Assembly: GCF_018336915.1 (NCBI RefSeq)
Contig: NZ_CP064923.1
Coordinates: forward strand, 3,480,001-3,512,000
DNA length: 32,000 bases
Source: Acaryochloris marina S15
GTDB lineage: Bacteria > Cyanobacteriota > Cyanobacteriia > Thermosynechococcales > Thermosynechococcaceae
Direction: 5' to 3'
This document shows, one piece after another, positions 1-7,817 of this stretch. Within the stretch, counting starts at the first letter, position 1. Every line of letters begins with the position of its first letter. The notes beneath the pieces were generated by a model that worked only from the letters and a program-made list of their open reading frames with translations, did no database searches and had not been told where the DNA came from. Both the position numbers and the translations under genes were made by a program.

Positions 1-1
1 C

Positions 2-175
2 CACAGTCATGGGTATGCGGTCCTGACGGATCTGGCATGGCTGGGGGGATATTCTCTGTGGCAGCTACGGCAGTTAGTCCAGCACAAGCCTCAAGTCGAT
101 CCCCCCCATCTTTTACAAGACTTCTTTTGCAATAGTGCCTTTGTCAAGGGGGGGCAATGTCGCAGCAAGATTTAA
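2..175 (+). CDS. Possible 3' end of an upstream CDS (partial, function unknown)
   Basis: Frame 2 is open from the window edge to TAA at 173-175 (..HSHGYAVLTDLAWLGGYSLWQLRQLVQHKPQVDPPHLLQDFF..). Frame 1 is also open to 133-135 but is low-complexity. There is no start in the window and no family was recognised. Confidence 0.25.
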   Translation, partial: HSHGYAVLTDLAWLGGYSLWQLRQLVQHKPQVDPPHLLQDFFCNSAFVKGGQCRSKI

Positions 176-705
176 GCCTCTGGCAACAAATTAGGGAAGA
201 CTGGCGAGCCCATCAGTCCGATTGGACCAAACCGGGATTTCGAGCAGTCGCCGTCCATCGGTTTGGGGTTTGGCGAATGCAGCTGCAGCCAAAGCTGTTA
301 AGAGCCCCGTTTAGCCTGATTTACCGGGGGCATTACCGCTACATTCGCAATGTCTATGGAATTGATTTACCCTATACCGTCAAATTAGGGCGTCGGGTGG
401 TGATTGAGCATCAAGGAGCCATTGTTATCCATGGAGATAGCGAAATTGGCGATGAGAGTATTATTCGTCAGGGGGTTACCTTGGGGAATCGATATTTGGA
501 TCATCCTTTGGATGCCCCCAAGCTAGGAGCACGAGTGAATATTGGGGCAGGAGCCAAAATCCTAGGAAATGTGGTGCTGGGGGATGATGTCAATATCGGG
601 GCTAATGCGGTCGTTTTGTCAGACGTTCACCCAGGACAAACAGCAGTGGGCATTCCGGCCAAAATCTTGACATCCCATAGCCTCCCCATCCCTGGTGGAG
701 ATTAA
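157..705 (+). CDS. Hexapeptide-repeat (left-handed beta-helix) O-acetyltransferase, serine-acetyltransferase-like short form
   Basis: ATG at 157 is preceded by a G-rich tract. Imperfect hexapeptide repeats are visible (GARVNIGAGAKILGNVVLGDDVNIGANAVVL). The N-terminal WRAHQSDWTKPGFRAVAVHRFGVW motif is typical of short SAT-like acetyltransferases in polysaccharide loci. The protein lacks the long N-terminal helical domain of true CysE. Confidence 0.8.
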   Translation: MSQQDLSLWQQIREDWRAHQSDWTKPGFRAVAVHRFGVWRMQLQPKLLRAPFSLIYRGHYRYIRNVYGIDLPYTVKLGRRVVIEHQGAIVIHGDSEIGDESIIRQGVTLGNRYLDHPLDAPKLGARVNIGAGAKILGNVVLGDDVNIGANAVVLSDVHPGQTAVGIPAKILTSHSLPIPGGD

Positions 706-725
706 GATCGCCAGCATTCACTTTT

Positions 726-1745
726 ATGTCTAAGGACTTAGTAGAACCCACAGCAGCAGAACAAACCATAGGCTTAGTGGCCATTGGTCGCAACGAAGGT
801 GATCGTCTCAAAGCCTGTTTGAATTCTGCGATCGCACAATTGTCTACCAACCATATTGTCTATGTAGACTCTGGTTCTACGGATGATAGTGTGGCCTGGG
901 CCACGAATTTAGGGATCACAGTGTTGACCTTAGACTTATCCATACCCTTTACTGCGGCTCGGGCCCGCAATTCTGGATATAAATCTCTCTATACTGACTA
1001 TCCTCAGCTGCAGTTTATCCAATTCATCGATGGGGACTGCCAGTTAGCAACCGATTGGTGCGCAACAGCATTAGCGACTCTAGTTGCTCATCAAGATGTA
1101 GCGGTCGTGTGTGGTCGGCGACGAGAAAAATATCCTGAACAGTCTGTCTTTAATCAGCTCTGTGATATGGAATGGAATACACCCATTGGTGAAGCGTTAG
1201 CTTGTGGAGGAGATGCCCTCATTCGGGTCTCAGCCCTTCAACAAGTGGACGGATATCGAGGATCTTTAATTGCGGGAGAAGAACCAGAACTCTGCCTGCG
1301 ACTGCGGCGCCACCATTGGCGTATTCTCCGAATTGATGCAGATATGACCTGGCATGATGCTCAAATCACACATTTCAGTCAATGGTGGCAGCGTACTGTT
1401 CGGGCTGGACATGCCTATGCAGAAGGCGCATGGCTCCACAGCGCACCTCCCGAACGCCATTGGGTACGAGAAAGTCTGCGCAGTTGGATATGGGGGTTTA
1501 TTCTGCCAATTACGATATTGGCAACATTGCCTGAGAGTAACGGATGGAGTCTATCTGGTGGTCTAGTTTATGTATTTCTGGTCGCAAAAATATGCTGGAA
1601 TCAGCACTCCAATCATTCCTGGCCAGCGTCAATACAATATGCACTATTCTGCGTACTAGGAAAGATTCCAGAAGCACAGGGGCAGCTCCAGTTTCATTGG
1701 CACCGGATCACGGGTCGTACGCCAAAAATTGTGGAATACAAATGA
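726..1745 (+). CDS. Family 2 glycosyltransferase with hydrophobic C-terminal segment
   Basis: GT-A signatures are present: VAIGRNEGDRL, YVDSGSTDDS, and the FIDGDC DxD-like motif. The hydrophobic tail is WIWGFILPITILATL. The gene starts 20 nt after the acetyltransferase stop, so co-transcription is likely. Confidence 0.8.
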   Translation: MSKDLVEPTAAEQTIGLVAIGRNEGDRLKACLNSAIAQLSTNHIVYVDSGSTDDSVAWATNLGITVLTLDLSIPFTAARARNSGYKSLYTDYPQLQFIQFIDGDCQLATDWCATALATLVAHQDVAVVCGRRREKYPEQSVFNQLCDMEWNTPIGEALACGGDALIRVSALQQVDGYRGSLIAGEEPELCLRLRRHHWRILRIDADMTWHDAQITHFSQWWQRTVRAGHAYAEGAWLHSAPPERHWVRESLRSWIWGFILPITILATLPESNGWSLSGGLVYVFLVAKICWNQHSNHSWPASIQYALFCVLGKIPEAQGQLQFHWHRITGRTPKIVEYK

Positions 1746-1780
1746 GGAGCCTAATCTATCAGAAAATTAGGCACATGGAA

Positions 1781-2029
1781 TTAGTAGGCTAAGGTCTCTA
1801 GGGTCTGCTTAAGATAGGACCGCACCAAACCGTCTAGGGGTTTGCCTTGGGCATTCGCATCTAAGCCTCGCTCTAGTACCCAGCGCTTGAAGCCGGAACT
1901 ACTTGAGATGACTTGCTTGAGATCAGGCCAGAATAGCTCTGAATCATCAGAGAGATAATGATTAGCTGTAGGAGACGAAAGAGGACTCATAACTGTCTTC
2001 CAAATAGGTGAGGAATAATCACTCAGCAT
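1781..2029 (-). CDS. Hypothetical small protein
   Basis: An 82-codon ORF with an ATG start and a purine-rich upstream stretch, convergent with the GT2 gene. No family was recognised. The C-terminal half has a normal amino-acid composition. Confidence 0.4.
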   Translation of the reverse strand: MLSDYSSPIWKTVMSPLSSPTANHYLSDDSELFWPDLKQVISSSSGFKRWVLERGLDANAQGKPLDGLVRSYLKQTLETLAY

Positions 2030-2245
2030 TTAACTCTTCTTTTAGAATAGCTGAGTTCACGGACCCATGCACACGTTGCATCAAAACAAAATGATAAAGA
2101 AGCGCTTTCAAAGATCCATCTGCTCCTTGGATCTAAGGGGAGTGGGACAATCCCTTAAAAATTCCTTATTACACCCTCCAGCCTACTCAAATTAGAGGCT
2201 GGAGAGTGTGACAGGGAATACAGAAAATAAAGGGCACAGGGTAGA

Positions 2246-4657
2246 TTAGGTCGCTGCAGATAATGTTCTCCGCTTCGTCACCATCTGAAAGGCTTCAATC
2301 CGATCGCCTTCAGTCCAACCACTGAAGTTATCAACGCCCACACCACATTCATAGCCTGAGTTCACTTCGCGAACATCATCTTTCATCCGCTTGAGGGAAT
2401 CTAGGATGCCTTCAAAGACCACGTCATTGCCTCTTTGGATTCGAATGCGACAATTCCGTACCAATTTCCCAGATTGAATGTAACAACCTGCGATCGCACC
2501 TCGTCCCACAGGGAACACGGCCCGAACTTCGGCTTCGCCCAAGTCTTCCTCTACAAACTCAGGTTCTAGGAGGCCTTCCATGGCGCCTTCAATATCTTCC
2601 AACAGCTTATAAATGATGTCATATTCACGGATATCCACTCCGGCCTGATCGGCGGCTTGTCGGGCCCCGGTGGCTAAGCTAGTGTTGAAACCAATGATGA
2701 CGGCACCACTGGCGGAAGCCAAATCTACATCTGTTTCGCTAATTTCGCCAGGTGCTGACAGCAATACGCGAACTTGAACTTCATTTTGAGGCAGTTGAGC
2801 CAAAGAACCCAACAGAGCTTCAAGGGATCCTTGGACATCTGCTTTGATGACCAGGTTCAGTTCTTTCAGTTCTCCTTCACGGGCCTTTTCAGACAAGGCA
2901 TTGAGAGAGACTCGTCGAGAGGCCAGGGCCTGCTGCAAGCGAGTATGGCGCTGTTGATCCGTCCGCTGTCCTGCCTGAGATCGGGCTACTTTCTCGTCCA
3001 CGAAGACTTCAAATTCTTCACCCGCAGCAGGCACTTCACTCATCCCCAGCACCTCGACGGCAAAGGAAGGACTAGCCGTATCGACGCGGGCACCGCGATC
3101 GTCAACCATGGCCCGCACTTTACCGAAGACAGACCCGGCGACTAACACATCACCGATTCGGAGGGTACCGTTTTGAACTAGCAAACTAGCAACCGGACCT
3201 TTGGCCTTATCTAAGTGAGCCTCAATCACCGTTCCCTTAGCAGGGCGATCCGGATTGGCCTGCAAATCTTCGACTTCAGCGACCAGCAGCACCATCTCAA
3301 GCAGCGTATCTAGGTTTTCCCCCTTAAGGGCACTGACCGGCACCATGACCGTTTCGCCACCCCAATCTTCAGGGACTAGATTATGCTCACTCAGTTCTTG
3401 GCGAACTCTGTCCAGCTGAGCCCCTTCTTTGTCGACTTTATTGATGGCAACAATAATGGGAACTTCTGCGGCCCGCGCATGGCTAATCGCTTCCAGGGTT
3501 TGTGGACGCACGCCATCGTCGGCAGCTACTACCAAAATGGCGATATCCGTCACTCGTGTTCCCCGAGCCCGCATGGCGGTGAAAGCTTCGTGACCTGGTG
3601 TATCCAGGAAGACGACCTGTTGCACTCCATCTCCATGGGTTAAGTCAACATGGTAGGCCCCGATATGCTGAGTGATGCCACCAGCTTCTCCTTGGGCAAC
3701 CTTCGTTTCGCGAATTGCATCCAAGAGGGTGGTTTTACCATGATCAACATGGCCCATAATGGTGACCACAGGCGGACGAGATTGCAGTTTCTCAAGATCT
3801 TCAGCATCCAGCATTTCTGAAACTTTACGGGCTTCAGATTCTTCTTCCTGGGTTTCGACCTCACAATCTAATTCTTCTGCCACCATCGTGGCAGTTGGAA
3901 TATCCAGAACCTGATTGATATTGGCGGCAATTCCCTTCATAAAGAGAATCTTAATCACTTCAGTTTCGGGAACAAGGAGCTCCGCTGCCAATGCTTGGAC
4001 CGTTAAGTCGGAGGTTAAGGTCAGCAGCGTGGGCCGTTCGACCTCGACCTCCTGCTGTTGACGATAGCGATTTCGCTGCCGTCGATTGCCACCTTTAGAG
4101 GGACCAGGGCTGCGATTGATAGGAACAGTCGTGGGTTTAGACTGCTTCATTGATTTAGGCTTAGGCGGTCGCACCAAAGATTGACTCACATCAATAGCCG
4201 TTTGACTATTAGCGCCATCTGCTCCAAAAAGATCGTCTTCATCCTCCTCCATCTCTTTTTGCGTGCGCCGCTTCTGCTTGAGGCTAGCTTTTGAAGCCTT
4301 AGTGGGCCGATCTTCTAACTGATCATCTGATTTAACAGTCCGCTTATCTTTTTTCTGACGTGATGTTGGCGGCTTGAGAACGAGTAGCTCAGTGGTGTCA
4401 TTGTTGTCTTTGGCTGCGCCCGCTCCACTAGTCTTGGATGCTTCCTGCTCTTTCTCAGCTTGTTGTTTCGCTTTTGTGATGGAAATGGGGCGAATCAGTC
4501 GAGGACGAGGCGGTTCTGTTGCTGCCGGCTTAGTCGGCGGCTCCACGGTTGGCGAAACGGCGCCTGTTCTAGGGCTAACTTTAGGCTCTTCTGGACGAGT
4601 AGGTTTGGGGGGGGAATTGAAAGTGGGTTTGCTCAGAAGCTGAGGCTTCTTCACCAT
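2246..4657 (-). CDS. infB: Translation initiation factor IF-2, downstream fragment (linker, G domain, domains II to C2)
   Basis: GTPase motifs [20 protein letters not shown] and NKVD are present, with a C-terminal IF-2 fold sequence. The reading frame is open upstream of the ATG at 4657 as far as 4819, without any start codon. The gene continues from the 4684..5334 fragment in a different frame. Confidence 0.95.
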   Translation of the reverse strand: MVKKPQLLSKPTFNSPPKPTRPEEPKVSPRTGAVSPTVEPPTKPAATEPPRPRLIRPISITKAKQQAEKEQEASKTSGAGAAKDNNDTTELLVLKPPTSRQKKDKRTVKSDDQLEDRPTKASKASLKQKRRTQKEMEEDEDDLFGADGANSQTAIDVSQSLVRPPKPKSMKQSKPTTVPINRSPGPSKGGNRRQRNRYRQQQEVEVERPTLLTLTSDLTVQALAAELLVPETEVIKILFMKGIAANINQVLDIPTATMVAEELDCEVETQEEESEARKVSEMLDAEDLEKLQSRPPVVTIMGHVDHGKTTLLDAIRETKVAQGEAGGITQHIGAYHVDLTHGDGVQQVVFLDTPGHEAFTAMRARGTRVTDIAILVVAADDGVRPQTLEAISHARAAEVPIIVAINKVDKEGAQLDRVRQELSEHNLVPEDWGGETVMVPVSALKGENLDTLLEMVLLVAEVEDLQANPDRPAKGTVIEAHLDKAKGPVASLLVQNGTLRIGDVLVAGSVFGKVRAMVDDRGARVDTASPSFAVEVLGMSEVPAAGEEFEVFVDEKVARSQAGQRTDQQRHTRLQQALASRRVSLNALSEKAREGELKELNLVIKADVQGSLEALLGSLAQLPQNEVQVRVLLSAPGEISETDVDLASASGAVIIGFNTSLATGARQAADQAGVDIREYDIIYKLLEDIEGAMEGLLEPEFVEEDLGEAEVRAVFPVGRGAIAGCYIQSGKLVRNCRIRIQRGNDVVFEGILDSLKRMKDDVREVNSGYECGVGVDNFSGWTEGDRIEAFQMVTKRRTLSAAT

Positions 4658-4683
4658 CTCGGGAACTTGAGTGGCTGGTTTTG

Positions 4684-5334
4684 TCAGTACCTTCTCTGCT
4701 CTATTCGCTGGGGGGATAGGGTTGGGCTCGCGGGCTTGGCAACGGAAGGAGGCTTGATGGCAGACTTCTCTGTAGCCACAGGCTTCTCGGGTGCACGAGT
4801 GGGTTCTGGGCGAATAGGCTTAGGAGCCTGCAAGGGCTCAGATGAATCTGCTGCACTCACAGATGGAGGCGCTGCACTCACAGATGGAGGCGCTGCACTC
4901 ACAGATGGAGGCGCTGCACTCACAGATGGAGGCGCTGCACTCACAGATGGAGGTGTTGCACTCACAGATGGAGGCGCTGCACTCACAGATGGAGGTGCTG
5001 CTAAAGTCTCAGCGGGTTTTGAGGGTTGTTTACGCAGCTCAAGAATTTGTTGTTTTTTGGGTCGATCTTGCTTGACTGGCTTGGCAATGGGGCGAGGCTT
5101 TTGCGCACTGCCTTCCTTGGCAGCAGCCGGCTTGCGGTTGGGCTGATTTGCCTTTTGGCTAGATGGATGATTTTTGGCAGCAGATCGAATTTTTGCGGCT
5201 TCATCCTCAGTAATCGTACTGCTGTGATTTTTGACAGCAATATCGAGCTGATCGCATACTGCCAAAATGTCTTTGTTCTCCAAATTTAACTCTCTTGATA
5301 GCTCGTAAATTCTAATTTTGTGATTATTACTCAT
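4684..5334 (-). CDS. infB: IF-2 N-terminal domain plus repeat-rich linker, upstream fragment of frame-disrupted infB
   Basis: [46 protein letters not shown] is the conserved IF2_N domain. The ORF ends at TGA (4684-4686), eight codons after a C6 run. It lies in the +1 frame relative to the 2246..4657 fragment. Confidence 0.85.
   Translation of the reverse strand: MSNNHKIRIYELSRELNLENKDILAVCDQLDIAVKNHSSTITEDEAAKIRSAAKNHPSSQKANQPNRKPAAAKEGSAQKPRPIAKPVKQDRPKKQQILELRKQPSKPAETLAAPPSVSAAPPSVSATPPSVSAAPPSVSAAPPSVSAAPPSVSAAPPSVSAADSSEPLQAPKPIRPEPTRAPEKPVATEKSAIKPPSVAKPASPTLSPQRIEQRRY
4850..4996. repeat. Tandem repeat, 21 bp x 7 (plus a 5-nt partial copy), inside the infB linker
   Basis: The unit gctgcactcacagatggaggc repeats head-to-tail with only three substitutions over 147 bp. 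It encodes (SAAPPSV)x7 on the minus strand. Confidence 0.95.
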
Positions 5335-5636
5335 CCACTGGCCCCTTTAGTCTCCTGTGATCTTACATAGTTCTACCCTTTACGTTTTTGGGATAAGGAT
5401 ATGTTTGATGTTACTTTTTGGTCTTTTTGCGTTCCATTGGCATAGCTGATTGCCCAGCTAATAGTAAGGATAAAAACTCCTTCTTAAGCATTATCCATGC
5501 TGTTTGACAAACTTGCGAGTGGGAAGTAAAACTTTCACTGTTCGTTTGGTGGAGCTAACGCTTTATCTAGCATCCACTTTATGGGAAGGATGATCAAGCA
5601 ATATTGCTATTATCAACTATTTTTTGTTGGCATTGG

Positions 5637-5688
5637 CTGAAAGATGCCATAGCGTTAGCAAATGATTATTCGTTATGGCATCTTTCAG
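5637..5688 (-). repeat. Perfect 15-bp inverted repeat (extendable to 18 bp with one G-U) forming a hairpin in the nusA-infB spacer
   Basis: ctgaaagatgccata (5637-5651) is the exact reverse complement of tatggcatctttcag (5674-5688). No U-tract follows on either strand, so it is not a canonical intrinsic terminator. Confidence 0.7.
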
Positions 5689-5775
5689 AAATTCTGGATA
5701 TTGAAGAGAGTCAGGCATCTTGAAGGATTTATGACATCAGATTGCAGGTCCAGATACAAAGATCTATCTGCAACA

Positions 5776-7137
5776 TTACTCTTCCATGTCTTCAGACGTG
5801 TTGACTGCCTCCTCTACTTCTGGGGATTCATCTTCCTCCACATGGGCTGAAAGTTCTTCGCTTGAGGCTTCGCTACTCGATTCAGCACCAGCATCTGATA
5901 CTTCAGGCATCTCCAGGTCAGGTTGTTCCACTTCAATGGCGATTTCATCCTCATCGACTTTCTGGGCTTGAAGTTCGCTCAATTGCAGATCTTCAGCTTC
6001 TTGATCATAGTTGGCAATATCTTTGATATCGATTTTCCACCCAGTTAGACGAGCCGCTAACCGGACGTTCTGGCCTTCTTTACCAATCGCCAAACTTAGC
6101 TGATCTTCGGCAACGAGGACATGGGCTTGGCGTTCTTCAGTATCAATCAGACGAACCGCATCAACTCTAGCAGGACTGAGGGCATTGGCAATATAGGTGG
6201 CTGGATCAGGGGACCAGCGAATAACATCAATCTTTTCGCCTCTGAGTTCATTCACCACAGCTTGAATTCTGGACCCTCGGGCACCAATACAGGCACCGAC
6301 GGGATCGACTTCTCGTTCTAAGGTGTCCACAGCAATTTTGGTGCGGGGACCAACCTGACGAGAGGGGGGATTGGCTTCTCGGGCGACGGCAACAATCCGA
6401 ACGACCTCATCTTCAATTTCTGGGACTTCATTGGCAAATAGATAGACGACTAAGCCTGCATCGGCTCTAGAGACAACTAATTGAGGTCCCCGATGAGGAC
6501 CATCCGCCACTCGCTTGAGGAACACTTTAAAGGTGGCATTGGCCCGATAGTTGTCATTGGGAAGCTGTTCGCGCTTGGGCAATTCAGCTTCAACTTCTGG
6601 TTGCCCAAATGCACTGGTGACGGCCATGATCACAGAACGACGCTCAAATCGAAGTACACGAGCTTGTAATACAGTTTTTTCGAGGTCCTGAAACTCTTCT
6701 TGAATGAGTTTGCGCTGTTGATCCCTCAGCTTTTGGGATAGAACCTGCTTGGTTTGGATGGCAGCCATCCGTCCAAATTCATTCTGCTCGGGGGTCACAT
6801 CTAGGACAACGGTATCGCCGAGTTGAGCTTCGGGAGCGACTTCTCGTACTTCAGTCAATGCAATTTGGTGGTCGGTACTTTCCACATCATCAACGATCAT
6901 TTTGGTTGCTAGAACCAGAAAGCCTTCTTCTTCGATATCCAGTTCGACATCGAAATTATAAAAATATTCTTCGTCGAATTGAGCCCCACTATCTAAGAGT
7001 AGGGTACGTCGATAGCGCTCATAGCCTTTCAGAAGGGCCTCTTGCAGGGCAGCTTGTACCGCAGGTTTGGGAAGATTACGTTCACGGCTGATCACATTAA
7101 TCATTTCCGCTAAACCAGGTAACTGGACCATGGACAT
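5776..7137 (-). CDS. nusA: Transcription termination/antitermination factor NusA, with acidic C-terminal tail
   Basis: The N-terminal, S1 and two KH regions are recognisable (VDPVGACIGARGSRIQAVVNELRGEKIDVIRW; GKEGQNVRLAARLTGWKIDI). AAGGAG lies 7 nt upstream of the ATG. The gene follows rimP, as in the canonical operon. Confidence 0.95.
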   Translation of the reverse strand: MSMVQLPGLAEMINVISRERNLPKPAVQAALQEALLKGYERYRRTLLLDSGAQFDEEYFYNFDVELDIEEEGFLVLATKMIVDDVESTDHQIALTEVREVAPEAQLGDTVVLDVTPEQNEFGRMAAIQTKQVLSQKLRDQQRKLIQEEFQDLEKTVLQARVLRFERRSVIMAVTSAFGQPEVEAELPKREQLPNDNYRANATFKVFLKRVADGPHRGPQLVVSRADAGLVVYLFANEVPEIEDEVVRIVAVAREANPPSRQVGPRTKIAVDTLEREVDPVGACIGARGSRIQAVVNELRGEKIDVIRWSPDPATYIANALSPARVDAVRLIDTEERQAHVLVAEDQLSLAIGKEGQNVRLAARLTGWKIDIKDIANYDQEAEDLQLSELQAQKVDEDEIAIEVEQPDLEMPEVSDAGAESSSEASSEELSAHVEEDESPEVEEAVNTSEDMEE

Positions 7138-7202
7138 AGGCTTACTCCTTGCTGAACTAGGGTGTGAGGGAGAGATTCGAGGCTGGATAAATATCTAGGG
7201 AG

Positions 7203-7667
7203 TTATTCAGGAGAGTCGTGGAGCTGCACCTGAAGAATTTCTTCCCGGGGAATCTTGATGGGGCGACCTTTTTGATTGAGCCGGACAAATTTCTCATCTC
7301 GACCCGTGAGGTTACCCATCCATTGGTGATGGCCTCGATAGGGCTGATGGGTTTGAATGAGTACGGGAAAACCTCTGAAGGAAACGAAGTCGCGATCGCA
7401 AGTCAGTAGTGTCGACAGCCCTGGGCTAGAAATCTCTAGCACATAGGCATCTGGAAAAACATCATCCTCATCCAAGACCGTTTCCAAGGCGCGACTCATT
7501 TTCTCGCAATCTTCCAAACCAGTATCTGCATCACAATTGCGAATATCAACCCGCAACACAGGCGGATTTTGGTTGGTCTGAAACACAGCGCCCACCACTT
7601 CCAGATTAAATTGGGCTGCAACAGGGGCAGCCAGGTCGATCACTTTAGGGATTAATGGATGTGTCAT
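7203..7667 (-). CDS. rimP: Ribosome maturation factor RimP
   Basis: The protein is 154 aa and carries the RimP core motif LEISSPGL. It sits directly upstream of nusA. Confidence 0.9.
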   Translation of the reverse strand: MTHPLIPKVIDLAAPVAAQFNLEVVGAVFQTNQNPPVLRVDIRNCDADTGLEDCEKMSRALETVLDEDDVFPDAYVLEISSPGLSTLLTCDRDFVSFRGFPVLIQTHQPYRGHHQWMGNLTGRDEKFVRLNQKGRPIKIPREEILQVQLHDSPE

Positions 7668-7685
7668 GGAGATAACCCTGACAAT

Positions 7686-7708
7686 AAAAAAAGTGGGTTA
7701 ACACCCAC
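7686..7708 (-). terminator. Rho-independent terminator-like hairpin followed by U7 (minus strand)
   Basis: The minus-strand RNA reads GUGGGU-GUUA-ACCCAC followed by UUUUUUU (the A-run at 7686-7692 on plus). It lies between the stop of the 7818..9302 gene and the rimP start codon, 18 nt before rimP. Confidence 0.6.
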
Positions 7709-7737
7709 CTTGAAAGCTCAAACCAAAAGCATGAGCC

Positions 7738-7753
7738 GTGGGCAGACGCCCAC
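7738..7753 (-). promoter_or_regulatory. Second GC hairpin, sequence-related to the terminator stem (possible anti-antiterminator element)
   Basis: gtgggc-agac-gcccac forms a 6-bp stem. Its 3' arm (GCCCAC in the RNA) can also pair with the 5' arm (GUGGGU) of the terminator hairpin 29 nt downstream. Confidence 0.35.
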
Positions 7754-7817
7754 CAAGGTCCTAGTGTAGCGCAGCCCGACGCAGTTTGGATTAATTGGCA
7801 AGAGATGAATAGACAGA

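Noticed and set aside
2176-2204. Hairpin ctccagcct/aggctggag downstream of infB as an intrinsic terminator
   Set aside because: The 9-bp stem is real, but no U-tract follows it on the minus strand. There is not enough evidence to call it a terminator.
4700-4720. Canonical programmed -1 ribosomal frameshift signal in infB
   Set aside because: The zero-frame codons are UCC CCC CAG, which do not form an X-XXY-YYZ heptamer, and I saw no obvious downstream pseudoknot. This is kept only as a minor alternative within the infB finding.
4850-4996. Considered whether the 21-bp repeats could be a CRISPR array
   Set aside because: The copies are directly abutting with no spacers. They are in frame inside a coding region, and no cas genes are nearby.
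4374-5289. Plus-strand ORFs opposite infB (4374-4643, 4460-5146 with the ALTDGG repeat, 4842-5075, 5026-5289) and the minus-strand off-frame ORF 5001-5240
   Set aside because: These are antisense or off-frame shadows of the infB linker and its 21-bp repeat. The infB frame carries the conserved IF2_N domain.
5335-5775. Search for a hidden ylxR/DUF448 gene, tRNA or MITE in the nusA-infB spacer
   Set aside because: All minus-strand frames are broken by stops, the longest being a 33-codon ORF. There is no cloverleaf-like sequence. Apart from the single hairpin, there are no terminal inverted repeats or target duplications.
5662-5850. 62-aa plus-strand ORF overlapping the nusA 3' end
   Set aside because: It starts in the AT-rich spacer and runs antisense into nusA. 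Its composition is implausible and nothing supports it.
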